NCBI GenBank assembly: GCA_046538485.1
Contig: JBKHIT010000005.1
Location: 1 to 64,000, forward strand
Direction of reading: 5' to 3'
DNA length: 64,000 nt
DNA from: Candidatus Brocadiia bacterium
Lineage (GTDB): Bacteria; Planctomycetota; Brocadiia; SM23-32
How positions within the stretch are numbered: position 1 is the first letter of the stretch; each line of letters starts with the position of its first letter. Positions 49,205 to 59,253 of the stretch are shown here, piece after piece. The notes under the pieces are model-generated. The model was not told the DNA's origin and ran no database searches. It saw only the letters and a list, made by a program, of their open reading frames with translations. Position numbers and translations under genes: made by a program.

Positions 49205-51250
49205 TTATTTTTCTTTCTCGGTCCGACGGCGCTGAATAATCTGCTCCTGGATCTGTCCCGGGACCTTTGCATAGTGGGAAAATTCAACAGTGAAGGTTCC
49301 CTCTCCACCGGTCATGCTCTGGAGTTCAGCCGCGTACGTGCGCACTTCGGCCTGGGGTATATGAGCGTGCAACGTTTGCATCTGGCCTTGCTGATCCATG
49401 CCTTCGATCTGGCCACGATGCCCCGCCAGATTCGACGTAACATCCCCGACGTATTCGGAAGGGATTGTGACATCAATTTTCACAATTGGTTCGAGCAGTG
49501 TCGGACGGCATCGTTCGAAAGCGCCCTGAAAAGCCCGCGCTCCCGCGATTTTGAAAGCCGCTTCGGATGAATCTACGTCGTGATACGAGCCATAGTAAAC
49601 GGTTGCAATGACGTCGACGATTGGGTAACCCGCCAGAAGGCCCTTTTTCATGGTCTCGACGATACCTTTTTCGACGGCGGGGATGAACTGGTTAGGGATC
49701 ACCCCCCCCTTAATTTCGTCGACGAATTCAAAGCCCGCTCCACGTTCGCCGGGCTCCAGGCGCAAATAGACTTCTCCGTACTGGCCGCGGCCGCCGGTTT
49801 GTTTTTTGTGGCGGTATTGATCTTTGCCGTTTGTGGTTATCGTTTCGCGATAGGGGATAGAGGGTTCGTGGGTCTCGGCGCTGACCCCGTAACGCCTCTG
49901 CAATTTGCTGAGCATCACCTCGAGATGGAGATTGCTCATTCCCGTAATGACAAGTTCGCTGCTCTGTTTATCTCGCTCCAGAGTAAAAGTTGGATCGCCC
50001 TCGGCCAGCCGTCTTAATCCACTGTTTATACGCTGTTCATCATCCCGGCTTTGCGGTTCCACAGCCAGCGACATCATAGGACTCGGCAATTCCAACTCGG
50101 GGAATTCATATTTGCAGCCTTCCGACCGCAACGTGTCGTGGATCTTAACGTCCTCAACTTTTGTCACGCAGATAATATCACCGGGGCCAGCTGTATCGAG
50201 CTCGTTCTGCTCAGATCCAAATACGGTGTAAAGGTGACCGAGTCGTTCGGTTTCGCCTGTCCGGGCGATTTCAATGTTATCACCGCTTTTGAGTGTTCCG
50301 CTGTAGACACGGAAGTAAACAAGGCGCCCGACATGCTCGTCTACAACGCTTTTAAAAACCTGTCCGCAGAATGGGGCTTCGGGGTCTGGTGCCACTTCCA
50401 CTTCTTCGGGTTCTTCGCCCGTTTTGTCGAGAGCAGTGTGGGTCGGACCTTCGACAGGCGAAGGGGTGCAGGCGGCGAGCAAATCGAAGGTTTCGGACAC
50501 ACCGATATCTTTTTCGGCCGCAGAGCAGAGGATGGGGACGATTTCTCGACCCAGAATGGCGTGTTTGAATGTGGTTTCAAGTTCTCCCTTGCTCACTTCT
50601 TCGCCTTCAAGGTAGCGTTCCATCAGTTCGTCGTCGCATTCAATGATTGATTCCCGGAGAGACTGGCTTAGTTCCTCGAAGTTTCCGACGACGCCCTCTG
50701 GTGCCTCTTCCGTTTCGAGTAGATTGACCACTCCGCTGCAATCGGTCCCCAGCCCGAGCGGCAGGAAAACAGGAACACATTCCCGGCCGAAGGCATCTTG
50801 GATGTCGTTCAGAAGTCTCTCGAATTGGATATTTTCCGCATCCAGGTGAGAGATCATCAACATCCGCGCTACGCCGTAGTTCTCCGCCAGTTGCCATGTG
50901 CGGCGGGTGTTCAGCCGCACGCCGTCGCTGGCGTCAACCGCCACAAGAGCTGTTTCCACAACGGGGATGGCTGTTGCGGCAGCGCCCATGAAATCGAGAT
51001 AACCGGGGGTATCGATTAAATTAAAAATTTTATTATCAGTCTCAAAATGAAATATAGCACTTTCGATCGAAAATTTGCGTTCCTTTTCCTCGGTTGTATA
51101 ATCGCTCAGAGATGATCCTTCGTCGACACTCCCTGCACGGTTAGTGGCCTCGGCGGCGTGTAAGAGATGATCCACAAGGGTGGTTTTCCCGCTGCTACCG
51201 TGACCAACAAGAGCAATATTACGGATCTGCGAAACACTACGTTCTGCCAT
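49205..51250 (-). CDS. fusA: elongation factor G paralog (EF-G2 type)
   Basis: GHGSSGKT, DTPG, KKQTGGRGQYG, YHDVDSSE, five EF-G domains. Divergent G2 (ERKFSI). Confidence 0.9.
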   Translation of the reverse strand: MAERSVSQIRNIALVGHGSSGKTTLVDHLLHAAEATNRAGSVDEGSSLSDYTTEEKERKFSIESAIFHFETDNKIFNLIDTPGYLDFMGAAATAIPVVETALVAVDASDGVRLNTRRTWQLAENYGVARMLMISHLDAENIQFERLLNDIQDAFGRECVPVFLPLGLGTDCSGVVNLLETEEAPEGVVGNFEELSQSLRESIIECDDELMERYLEGEEVSKGELETTFKHAILGREIVPILCSAAEKDIGVSETFDLLAACTPSPVEGPTHTALDKTGEEPEEVEVAPDPEAPFCGQVFKSVVDEHVGRLVYFRVYSGTLKSGDNIEIARTGETERLGHLYTVFGSEQNELDTAGPGDIICVTKVEDVKIHDTLRSEGCKYEFPELELPSPMMSLAVEPQSRDDEQRINSGLRRLAEGDPTFTLERDKQSSELVITGMSNLHLEVMLSKLQRRYGVSAETHEPSIPYRETITTNGKDQYRHKKQTGGRGQYGEVYLRLEPGERGAGFEFVDEIKGGVIPNQFIPAVEKGIVETMKKGLLAGYPIVDVIATVYYGSYHDVDSSEAAFKIAGARAFQGAFERCRPTLLEPIVKIDVTIPSEYVGDVTSNLAGHRGQIEGMDQQGQMQTLHAHIPQAEVRTYAAELQSMTGGEGTFTVEFSHYAKVPGQIQEQIIQRRRTEKEK

Positions 51251-51346
51251 AAAAGACCTCCAGCTGTGCTAAAGATTCGAGCCCGGGCTTCCAGTCTGTA
51301 CGGCCCGGCAAATCTATTTTTGTACGTTCATTCAATTGTTTGTGTT

Positions 51347-52099
51347 TTAATTCTGTCCCGGTGACGCCGATAGACGTCCCGGGAATCCTTTTGCGGTTTC
51401 GAGGGCGTCTTCGAGTTTCAATTCACCCTCGTAAAGGGCTTTGCCGGTGATGACAGCATCGGCTCCACATTCACCGAGCCGGCGGATATCATCAACGCTG
51501 CTGACGCCTCCAGAGGCTATGACCGGGACGGGGGTTGTTTTGATGATTTCCTCGACTCCATTGAAATGCGGGTGAGTCAACATCCCGTCTCGGGATACGT
51601 CAGTATACAGGAAAGCCGCCGGTGCTCCGTCAGCCAGTCGGGAAGCCAGGTCCCGTGCGGGTATACCGCTGTTTTCCTGCCAGCCTTTAACTGTAATTAA
51701 TCCTTCCCGTGCGTCGAGTGCGATAACGATACGATCCGGCAACTTCTGGCAAAGCTCAACCGCCCACTCAGGATCCAGAGCCGCTTTGGTGCCTATGACA
51801 GCGCGAGCGGCACCGGCTTCCAGCACCCTCTCAACGGATTCGACAGAGCGAAGTCCACCTCCGACTTCCACAGGTATATGCAGCTCTGAGAGGACGCGTT
51901 TGACAACATCGCGATTGCCGCCGCTTTCATTAATGGCGCCATCCAGATCCACCAGGTGAAGCGCTTCGGCTCCAGCATCTTCCCAGTGGCGGGCCGCCCG
52001 GGAAGGCGCCTCGTAATACGTTTTACCGGTCCCGGGGTCTCCTTGAAGGAGGCGAACACACCGGCCTTCCTGGATATCGACGGCTGGTAGGACAATCAT
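51347..52099 (-). CDS. hisA: ProFAR isomerase
   Basis: Start refined to MIVLPAVD. CVRLLQG, HLVDLDGA, VGGGLR, TDVSRDG, IASGGV. Confidence 0.96.
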   Translation of the reverse strand: MIVLPAVDIQEGRCVRLLQGDPGTGKTYYEAPSRAARHWEDAGAEALHLVDLDGAINESGGNRDVVKRVLSELHIPVEVGGGLRSVESVERVLEAGAARAVIGTKAALDPEWAVELCQKLPDRIVIALDAREGLITVKGWQENSGIPARDLASRLADGAPAAFLYTDVSRDGMLTHPHFNGVEEIIKTTPVPVIASGGVSSVDDIRRLGECGADAVITGKALYEGELKLEDALETAKGFPGRLSASPGQN

Positions 52100-52279
52100 C
52101 GCAGGTTTCTCACAGTAAGGCGTACAGTTTTCAGTGGAAGGGACCGTCCCGCGCCGGCAGCAGACAGGCAATGTTCGGCCAACTGCTTGAGATTATCCGT
52201 TCAGATATCCGCGGTTGTGCCACCTGACGTTTCCGACAGAACCGGTTAGCGGTTCGCAAAGTGTTGTAATACGAATTGA

Positions 52280-52308
52280 ATTATAGGAACTTGGTGCAAA
52301 CGTGTCAA
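52280..52308 (-). promoter_or_regulatory. consensus sigma70 promoter for hisA-fusA2-trpD
   Basis: Exact TTGACA-N17-TATAAT on the minus strand. Confidence 0.8.
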
Positions 52309-52440
52309 CGCGAAGCGGGCGATTGAACGCTATCTCGGAGCAATTGCCACAAATGGGCCTTGCCCCAATTAAGGGCACTGATATGATCAATACCGCGCTG
52401 CATGACAGATCTTGATCAGTCCTGCGGTCGACGCGAAATC

Positions 52441-52469
52441 TTGACAGGCAGGGGATTTGAGGGTAGATT
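52441..52469 (+). promoter_or_regulatory. sigma70 promoter for 52608
   Basis: TTGACA-N17-TAGATT, divergent from the hisA promoter. Confidence 0.65.
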
Positions 52470-52607
52470 GCAGAACAGGCTGCAGGCGCGCCCGTGGCAT
52501 GGAGGGAACCGGAAACGGGAGGCATTGCTTGCAGAATCAGAATGTGAACATGGGGAGGTGAATGTATGGATACTGAACGCGCGGGTCCGTTTGGGGGTGA
52601 CGGATCG

Positions 52608-54959
52608 ATGCGACTCCTGTTTGTTATTTTGCTGCTGTTTTCTCACAACGCCGTTGCCGGTTCAGTTCTGAGTGGGGAAGTTGTTGACGAGACGGGGCAA
52701 CCGGTGGCGAGCGCGCATGTGATGATCTACTATTTTCACGATATAAGCGGGTTCGGCTCCGTCCAGCTGGCAAAGGCGCGCACCGGCGAGGAAGGACGAT
52801 TCCAGCTTGAAAAAGGAAAGATAGAGATACCGCCGATTGCTTTGAGCCGGCGGGTTATGATGCAGCTTTTTCTTATAGCTCTTGCTCCTGGTAAGGCCGC
52901 TGGAGTCGCGGAAGTCCTGCCCGAGAAAACCGATAATTATCGTCTCGAATTAAGCGAAGGCAGGAATGTCATATGCCGCGCGGTTGAACATGGTCGGCAC
53001 GGGGGGGGCAAAAAGCGGGTCAAAGATGCAAAAATCAGCGTGGCGGATTTCGGATCATGGGTGCCCGCCGGAGTTTTCTTTGAACGGGGAATCGTTAGCC
53101 GTCTTTTGAATGATTTTTATAGTGCGACATCTGACGCCGACGGTCTGGCCGAAATCCAGAACGTTCCTCAGAGCAATATTCGGGTGAGAGGGAGTCACGA
53201 AAAGTTTCTGGTATGGCCTGCCATCGGTCGAGTAAACAACGGAGAGGCAGAGTTAAGGATGAGAGAACACCCGTTGTTTTTCGGGGCGACGAAAGGCATT
53301 GTGAAAAGCGCAGATAATGATGATCCTATCAAAGGGGTACTCGTTATGTCGCCTTTGCTTCACAGGGCGGCTGCCGGTGGCTGGGATAAAACGGATGAGG
53401 CGGGTCAATTCCAGCTTTCTTTGAATTCGCCCATGGCCCGAAGGCATGGATTGATTTTGCGGGACCCTTCTTACGATCCACATTGGGCAACAAGAATGAC
53501 TCCGGGTAAAAATCCGCAAGATTTCATGCGCCGGCGTATCCGCCGAGCAAAAGAAGCGGGGGGAAACGCCGAAACGGATGAATTCATGTTGGAGAGAGGG
53601 AAGCAAATTTCGATTAGTGTCATAAACACCATAACGAAAAAACCCGTGGATAAGGCCATTGTCGCGCTCAAGTTCTCGCGGAACAGGCAGCGGGCCCGAC
53701 AGCATCGCTTCTACTCCAGAGCTTCATTCTGCCGGGTAACCGGACAGGACGGGTGCTGCCATTACCGGGTTCCTGAAGATCAAACGGAGGTTGATGTAAG
53801 CATCGTGGACGCGTTTGATGGGGTGGTTATTGGTCAAGAGCGCACGAATAAGATACAGCTGGAAGGCGCTGAAAATCAGGCGACCGTAGGCGTAGGCTTG
53901 GTTGAACCAGTGAACTGTGAGCTTGTTGTCCGGGAAAAAGAGGGGCAAATCGTGCCGAGGACACGACTTTGGTTGAGAACCATCGCTTCCAGACGAGTTC
54001 TGGAGGGACTGACAGCAAGCGATGGACGGGCCCGGTTGGCAAAGCTGATTCCCGGCGAGAAAATGAAAGTTTACGCAATCTCTCCAGAGGGCAGAATGGC
54101 TGCTTTTGAGGACCTTCAGGCGCCGGAGAAAAAAGGCGGTGGAACCTTTCTTATCCGGTTGCAAAAAGCTCTGAGCGGGGAAATCATTCTGAAGGATAAC
54201 GAAGGGGAAATTCTCGACGACGGGCGGTTATGGATTTTTGTCAAAGACCACGCAAAATCTACGCTTTTCAGGTCAGATGAGGGGCTGATAGAGGAAAAAA
54301 CTGATGGCCATTTTGCCATTAAAGCACTTCTCCCCGGCGTAAATTACATAATCAGAGCCCATGCCAGGGGATATCGTCAGGAGCACGACGGAGGGGTTAA
54401 GTGGATGATAAAAGCAGGAGAAACAAACCCCAAGAAAGTTGTGGTGCTTGAAAAAATACCCAGAGACCGGAGGCACGTTAATCGGGGCAACGTAGTACGA
54501 GCGAGGCAGAATGTTGGAAGAACGCCAGAACCTGTTCCTCCGGAGAAAGAATACAAAAGAGATCTTGCCACGCTGGAAGATGCAGAGCGAGCGCTCCCGG
54601 ATACCGTTCAGAAATACCTGACCTGGTATGTCGATGGCCACGGTATCGCTCTGGCGGATAAGAAGAAGCGGAAAGTCTATCGTTTCCCCGGCCTGTTGGG
54701 GTTTGAAGAAATCGATGTCCGAGAATTTGCTTTCGGTGTGAAAAAGGTGTGGGTTGCTACGGATAAAGGGCTGATCGGTTGGGATCGCAAACAGCGTTTT
54801 TGGACCCGTTTTGCGCCGGAGATTGAGAAGTTAAACGCTCCCGCAAAATCGGTCTCAGTGGAGAAGGATAGCAGCGTTCGGGTTGTTCTTCAGCTGGGTG
54901 AGGGTGAGCAGGGGACCTACCGTTATGATCCGCGGGACCGAAGATGGCACAAAGAGTAG
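52608..54959 (+). CDS. secreted protein with carboxypeptidase-regulatory-like (transthyretin-fold) repeats
   Basis: Signal peptide MRLLFVILLLFSHNAVA. LSGEVVDETGQPVASAHV and repeated T(D/G)xxGxF/Y motifs. Confidence 0.7.
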   Translation: MRLLFVILLLFSHNAVAGSVLSGEVVDETGQPVASAHVMIYYFHDISGFGSVQLAKARTGEEGRFQLEKGKIEIPPIALSRRVMMQLFLIALAPGKAAGVAEVLPEKTDNYRLELSEGRNVICRAVEHGRHGGGKKRVKDAKISVADFGSWVPAGVFFERGIVSRLLNDFYSATSDADGLAEIQNVPQSNIRVRGSHEKFLVWPAIGRVNNGEAELRMREHPLFFGATKGIVKSADNDDPIKGVLVMSPLLHRAAAGGWDKTDEAGQFQLSLNSPMARRHGLILRDPSYDPHWATRMTPGKNPQDFMRRRIRRAKEAGGNAETDEFMLERGKQISISVINTITKKPVDKAIVALKFSRNRQRARQHRFYSRASFCRVTGQDGCCHYRVPEDQTEVDVSIVDAFDGVVIGQERTNKIQLEGAENQATVGVGLVEPVNCELVVREKEGQIVPRTRLWLRTIASRRVLEGLTASDGRARLAKLIPGEKMKVYAISPEGRMAAFEDLQAPEKKGGGTFLIRLQKALSGEIILKDNEGEILDDGRLWIFVKDHAKSTLFRSDEGLIEEKTDGHFAIKALLPGVNYIIRAHARGYRQEHDGGVKWMIKAGETNPKKVVVLEKIPRDRRHVNRGNVVRARQNVGRTPEPVPPEKEYKRDLATLEDAERALPDTVQKYLTWYVDGHGIALADKKKRKVYRFPGLLGFEEIDVREFAFGVKKVWVATDKGLIGWDRKQRFWTRFAPEIEKLNAPAKSVSVEKDSSVRVVLQLGEGEQGTYRYDPRDRRWHKE

Positions 54960-55048
54960 AGGGTGCGCAAGATTGCGCCCGGAAGTTTAGTGTGCTATCT
55001 TAATTAATAGCGAAGAGATTGTTTTTGTTCGCTTTTGATGGCAGGGCC

Positions 55049-55151
55049 CAGCCCGGATTTTACGGATAATTTGAAGCCATTCTTGCCAAATTAGGGTAGA
55101 ATCTTTGTTGAAGACCGTTCATAACCCTCCTGAGCCAAAAATCCGGGCTAA
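55049..55151. mobile_element. short MITE related to family D
   Basis: cagcccggatttt ... aaaatccgggctaa inverted termini. Confidence 0.55.
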
Positions 55152-55457
55152 AAAAAACGGCGCATAAATCTGACAACTTAAAATTAGTGATCAGCAACGA
55201 GGCGAACGCTACGTTGCGAAACGACTGGCTTTAACGCTTTTTTCACAAGGAACATACAGACATCTTCCGGCACAGTAGCACTGGCCGGAAATTGTGAACA
55301 CTTTTTGTTGTTGTAAATTCTTACGCCTGAACGGCATGCGCCGTTTTATATAGCCTGCATCCGTAAGATGCAGGCCGGATCCGGCTCGAAGTTGCCCTGA
55401 TGGCGATCAAGGCGGGGTTACCCGCCAGATTATTTTTGCCTTCACTCGACGGAATTC

Positions 55458-57257
55458 ATGCAGCAGAATACGAGAAATTTCTGCATCACCGCGCATATTG
55501 ACCATGGGAAGTCCACGCTGGCCGATAGATTTCTGCAACTCACCCGGTCGGTGCCCGAGCGAGAATTCCACGATTTAATGCTCGACGATATGGAATTGGA
55601 GCGAGAACGCGGGATTACCATCAAAGCAAGTTGTGTGACGATGTTCTATGAGATGGACGGACAGGAATATCGCCTCAATCTTATTGATACCCCGGGGCAT
55701 GTGGATTTTAGCTACGAAGTTTCGCGCGCTCTTACGGCCTGTGAAGGGGCGGTCCTTCTTGTCGATGCAAGCCAGGGTATCGAGGCGCAGACGGTGGTCA
55801 ATTATAACCACGCGGAGGATGAAGAGCTGATCGTCATCCCTGCGGTAACAAAAATCGACCTGTCGACCTCGCGTCCCATCGAAACAATGGATGAAATGCA
55901 CCTGACCTTTGATATCGATCCCGATTACATCCTCGCGGTCAGCGGTAAAACCGGCGAATATGTGGAAGGTCTGATTAAAGAGGTAATTCGCCGGGTGCCT
56001 TCGCCTTCTGGAGACGAGGACGGGGCTTTGCGCGCACTGGTTTTTGATTCTTTTTACGATGAATATAGAGGCGTCGTGATATTCGTCCGTATTGTCGATG
56101 GTGAACTTCGGCCGGGCGACATTGTACGGACGATGGGTACAGGGGTACGCCACGAAGTCAGTGAAGTGGGAATCTTTCGTCCGGGCATGACTCAGACCGA
56201 AGTGCTGAGCGCGGGGGACGTCGGCTATGTTATCGCGGGCATAAAAAATATTCGCGACGTGCAGATAGGAGATACGATCACGCGACAATCTGATCCGGCG
56301 CAGGTCGCGCTCCCCGGTTATCAGGAACCCCAGCCGGTTGTATACTCGGCGCTCTATCCCCAGGATAACGATGATTTTCCCAATCTTCGTTCGGCTCTTG
56401 ATAAACTTTCGCTTAACGATTCATCGTTTGATTTCGAGCCGGAAAGCTCCTCGGCGCTGGGTTTCGGTTTCCGGTGCGGTTTTCTCGGTCTGCTTCATAT
56501 GGAAATTGTTCAGGAGAGACTCGAGCGCGAGAGCGATGTCCCTCTGGTTCAAACGGCTCCGAATGTTCCATATGAAATAGTTCGGAAGGACGGGGAAGTG
56601 GAGAGAATCGATCGACCTTCTGAGATGCCCGGAGAAGGTGAAATTGAAGCGGTGCGCGAACCGTGGGTGAATCTGCAGATCATCGCTCCGGGAGAGCATA
56701 TCGGAAATGTGATGAAACTGGTAGAAAGCCGACGTGGTGAGCACGATCGGACCGAGTTTTTCAGCGATACACGCGCCATGCTCAAATACGAAATGCCGCT
56801 GGCTGAGATCATATATAATTTCTTTGATCGCCTGAAATCTCTGACCAAAGGCCACGGTACGATGGATTACGAGCAAATTGGCTACCGGCAGAGCAACCTG
56901 GTAAAAGTCGATATCCTGGTGAACGAATCCCCGGTCGATGCTCTCTCGTTTATCTGTCACCGTGACGAAGCGGAGCGACGGGGACGGAAAGTGGTAAAGA
57001 TTCTGCGCGAGCACATCTCGCGGCATCTTTTCCCGATTCCCCTGCAGGCCGCTATTGGGAGCCGGGTTGTTGCTCGGGAGACCATCCCACCGATGAAAAA
57101 GAACGTTACTGCTAAATGTTACGGGGGCGATATTACAAGAAAACGCAAGTTGTGGAAACAGCAGAAAGAAGGCAAAAAACGGATGAAAGCCGTGGGAAAT
57201 GTCAACGTGCCACAGAAGGCTTTTCTCGCCGTTTTAGAAGGCGAAGAGATCGATTAA
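55458..57257 (+). CDS. lepA: elongation factor 4
   Basis: AHIDHGKSTLADR, RERGITIK, GFRCGFLGLLH, KCYGGDITRKRKL. Confidence 0.98.
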   Translation: MQQNTRNFCITAHIDHGKSTLADRFLQLTRSVPEREFHDLMLDDMELERERGITIKASCVTMFYEMDGQEYRLNLIDTPGHVDFSYEVSRALTACEGAVLLVDASQGIEAQTVVNYNHAEDEELIVIPAVTKIDLSTSRPIETMDEMHLTFDIDPDYILAVSGKTGEYVEGLIKEVIRRVPSPSGDEDGALRALVFDSFYDEYRGVVIFVRIVDGELRPGDIVRTMGTGVRHEVSEVGIFRPGMTQTEVLSAGDVGYVIAGIKNIRDVQIGDTITRQSDPAQVALPGYQEPQPVVYSALYPQDNDDFPNLRSALDKLSLNDSSFDFEPESSSALGFGFRCGFLGLLHMEIVQERLERESDVPLVQTAPNVPYEIVRKDGEVERIDRPSEMPGEGEIEAVREPWVNLQIIAPGEHIGNVMKLVESRRGEHDRTEFFSDTRAMLKYEMPLAEIIYNFFDRLKSLTKGHGTMDYEQIGYRQSNLVKVDILVNESPVDALSFICHRDEAERRGRKVVKILREHISRHLFPIPLQAAIGSRVVARETIPPMKKNVTAKCYGGDITRKRKLWKQQKEGKKRMKAVGNVNVPQKAFLAVLEGEEID

Positions 57258-57291
57258 TAAAACACGAGCGGATAATTGAACTGGGAACATA

Positions 57292-58848
57292 ATGGGTACA
57301 TCCCCACACGGCGAGAGCGGAGCTACCGCGCGCGAGGCTTCCTCTACATCGTTGCGGAACAATCTGGAGTCCATCGCGGTCGCCATTCTGCTTGTTCTCT
57401 TCGTGCGGCAAATTGTCGCGGAAGCTTTTAAGATCCCTACTGGAAGTATGGCACCTGTTCTTTTGGGTGTGCATAAAGAAGTCCGCTGCCCAAACTGCGG
57501 ATGGGTTTTTAGAGTTGGATCCGACAAAGTCGGTCCGGTCGGACAGGTACAATGTCCGAACTGTGGGTATAAGATTAACGATGTGAGTTCAAGCAGCGTG
57601 AATTTCCGGCGTCCGGCCTGGCTCTGGAACTCCGGACGGGATTCTATTACCGGCGAGAAGGTGGAAGGTTTAGAGGCGGCCAACCGCGTGAACCGGTGGG
57701 GGAGCCGTATATTTGTCAACAAATTTATTTATCGGTTACGCGAGCCCCGGCGCTGGGAAGTGGTTGTTTTCCGGTATCCTTTTTATGATGCGCTTTGTAA
57801 AGAATGCAGGTGGCGAGGAAAGGTGGCCACCGATGCTCCCCTCCGCTGTCCTAAATGTGGCTCGGAAGACCTCCAGTTGAAAGCGAAAAATTACATTAAA
57901 CGGGTGGTCGGATTGCCAGGTGAGACGATTTCGCTGCGAGGTGGGGATGTTTTCATAAAAACGGGAAAGCAGGCGGATTTTAAAATCGCGCGCAAGCCGG
58001 AACGGATTCAAAACCGGTTGTGGATCCCGGTTTTCGACAGCTCTTATGTTCCTTTGGAACCTCAGCGCAGGACCTGGACGACTGAAGGTTCCGATAAGAT
58101 TTGGGAGCGAGATAAGAAAACAGGCGCCCTCGAGGTTGATGCTCGGGCAGTTTCCGGCCCTGCGATGGTTCGTCTTGCGAGAACAATTTGGGATGGCTAT
58201 GCTTACAATGGTGGAGGTATTGATTATGCCGGAGTTCTTATGAATCACGATAGCAATAAGGTGGGAGACTGCCGGCTTGAGGCGACATTCGAAGTGAAAG
58301 AAACAAGTTCTGAAAACGCGTGTATCGAAATGCAAATTGTGGAGGCTAATCACAACTTTCGACTCTTCGTGCCCGTGGAAGGTGGAGATGTGCGCCTTAC
58401 TGATAATGATGCGAACGTTGGTTCAGTTGTCGTGAGGGCGTTGAAAAAAAATAAGAAAACAGTCGCTGTCCTGGAAAATTACGACGACAGGGTAGTGGCA
58501 AAAATTGGTGAAAATGTTATAATCCGTCACGAATATAATGGGAATGCTGATGGATCTTTGGAGCGCCAGGGCATTGCACTTGGGGCTCGCGGAGCGAAAG
58601 TAATATTCCGGCGAATTCGCATAGGCAGGGATATTTATTACCGGCGTGAAGGACCGGCGGTTGCTCTGGACAATACGAGTTATTTCATGCTTGGTGATAA
58701 TAGCCCCCATAGTAGCGATAGCCGCGAATGGGGGCCGGTTCCTGAAGAAAACCTGCTGGGAGAAGCGATTGGTGTATTCTGGCCTATCCATGACATCAGC
58801 CTCCTTTCGTGGGGAAGTCAACACAGCAAAGGGAGAAGAGCTCAATGA
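57292..58848 (+). CDS. lepB: signal peptidase I with Cys4 and beta-sandwich insertions
   Basis: IPTGSMAP (Ser), YIKRVVGLPGE (Lys), GDNSPHSSDSREWG. Directly after lepA. Confidence 0.92.
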   Translation: MGTSPHGESGATAREASSTSLRNNLESIAVAILLVLFVRQIVAEAFKIPTGSMAPVLLGVHKEVRCPNCGWVFRVGSDKVGPVGQVQCPNCGYKINDVSSSSVNFRRPAWLWNSGRDSITGEKVEGLEAANRVNRWGSRIFVNKFIYRLREPRRWEVVVFRYPFYDALCKECRWRGKVATDAPLRCPKCGSEDLQLKAKNYIKRVVGLPGETISLRGGDVFIKTGKQADFKIARKPERIQNRLWIPVFDSSYVPLEPQRRTWTTEGSDKIWERDKKTGALEVDARAVSGPAMVRLARTIWDGYAYNGGGIDYAGVLMNHDSNKVGDCRLEATFEVKETSSENACIEMQIVEANHNFRLFVPVEGGDVRLTDNDANVGSVVVRALKKNKKTVAVLENYDDRVVAKIGENVIIRHEYNGNADGSLERQGIALGARGAKVIFRRIRIGRDIYYRREGPAVALDNTSYFMLGDNSPHSSDSREWGPVPEENLLGEAIGVFWPIHDISLLSWGSQHSKGRRAQ

Positions 58849-59150
58849 AAGTTTTTTTCGGAAATGATTTAGAGTACATGGTGCGAGAACTTCGTGGAAA
58901 AGCAATTAACAATGTCCGCCTTCAAGTCTTGTACGAAATAGGAGAAGGGGACGTCGAGTTCAAAGCGCACGTTACCACACTTTGCAGCGGCCAGATTTTC
59001 GAGACTGTCATATCCCGGAACGAAATTCTGGAAGGAGCTACCGCAGAAGAACAGGACGACTTTGTTACCGAGGTGGCAGAAGAACTTCGCGACGACGTTG
59101 CCGAGAGGCTCGAGGGATTCGAGATTCGGCCGGGCGTGCTTCAGGAATAA
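58845..59150 (+). CDS. acidic hypothetical protein
   Basis: ATGA overlap with the lepB stop (MKVFFGND..), 101 aa. Confidence 0.7.
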   Translation: MKVFFGNDLEYMVRELRGKAINNVRLQVLYEIGEGDVEFKAHVTTLCSGQIFETVISRNEILEGATAEEQDDFVTEVAEELRDDVAERLEGFEIRPGVLQE

Positions 59151-59253
59151 CTCACGCCAGTCGGTTTGATCCCTCGATAGGCAGTCGTTGGGGTCGGTTT
59201 TCCCTTTATGGAGCAGCTTCCCAAAAGCATAGTTTTTTAGGCCGGAGTTGATC

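Noticed and set aside
52197..52245. Canonical ZTP riboswitch call
   Set aside because: Lacks the CUGGCG/CGCCUGGGC pseudoknot pair. Kept only as an unassigned candidate leader.
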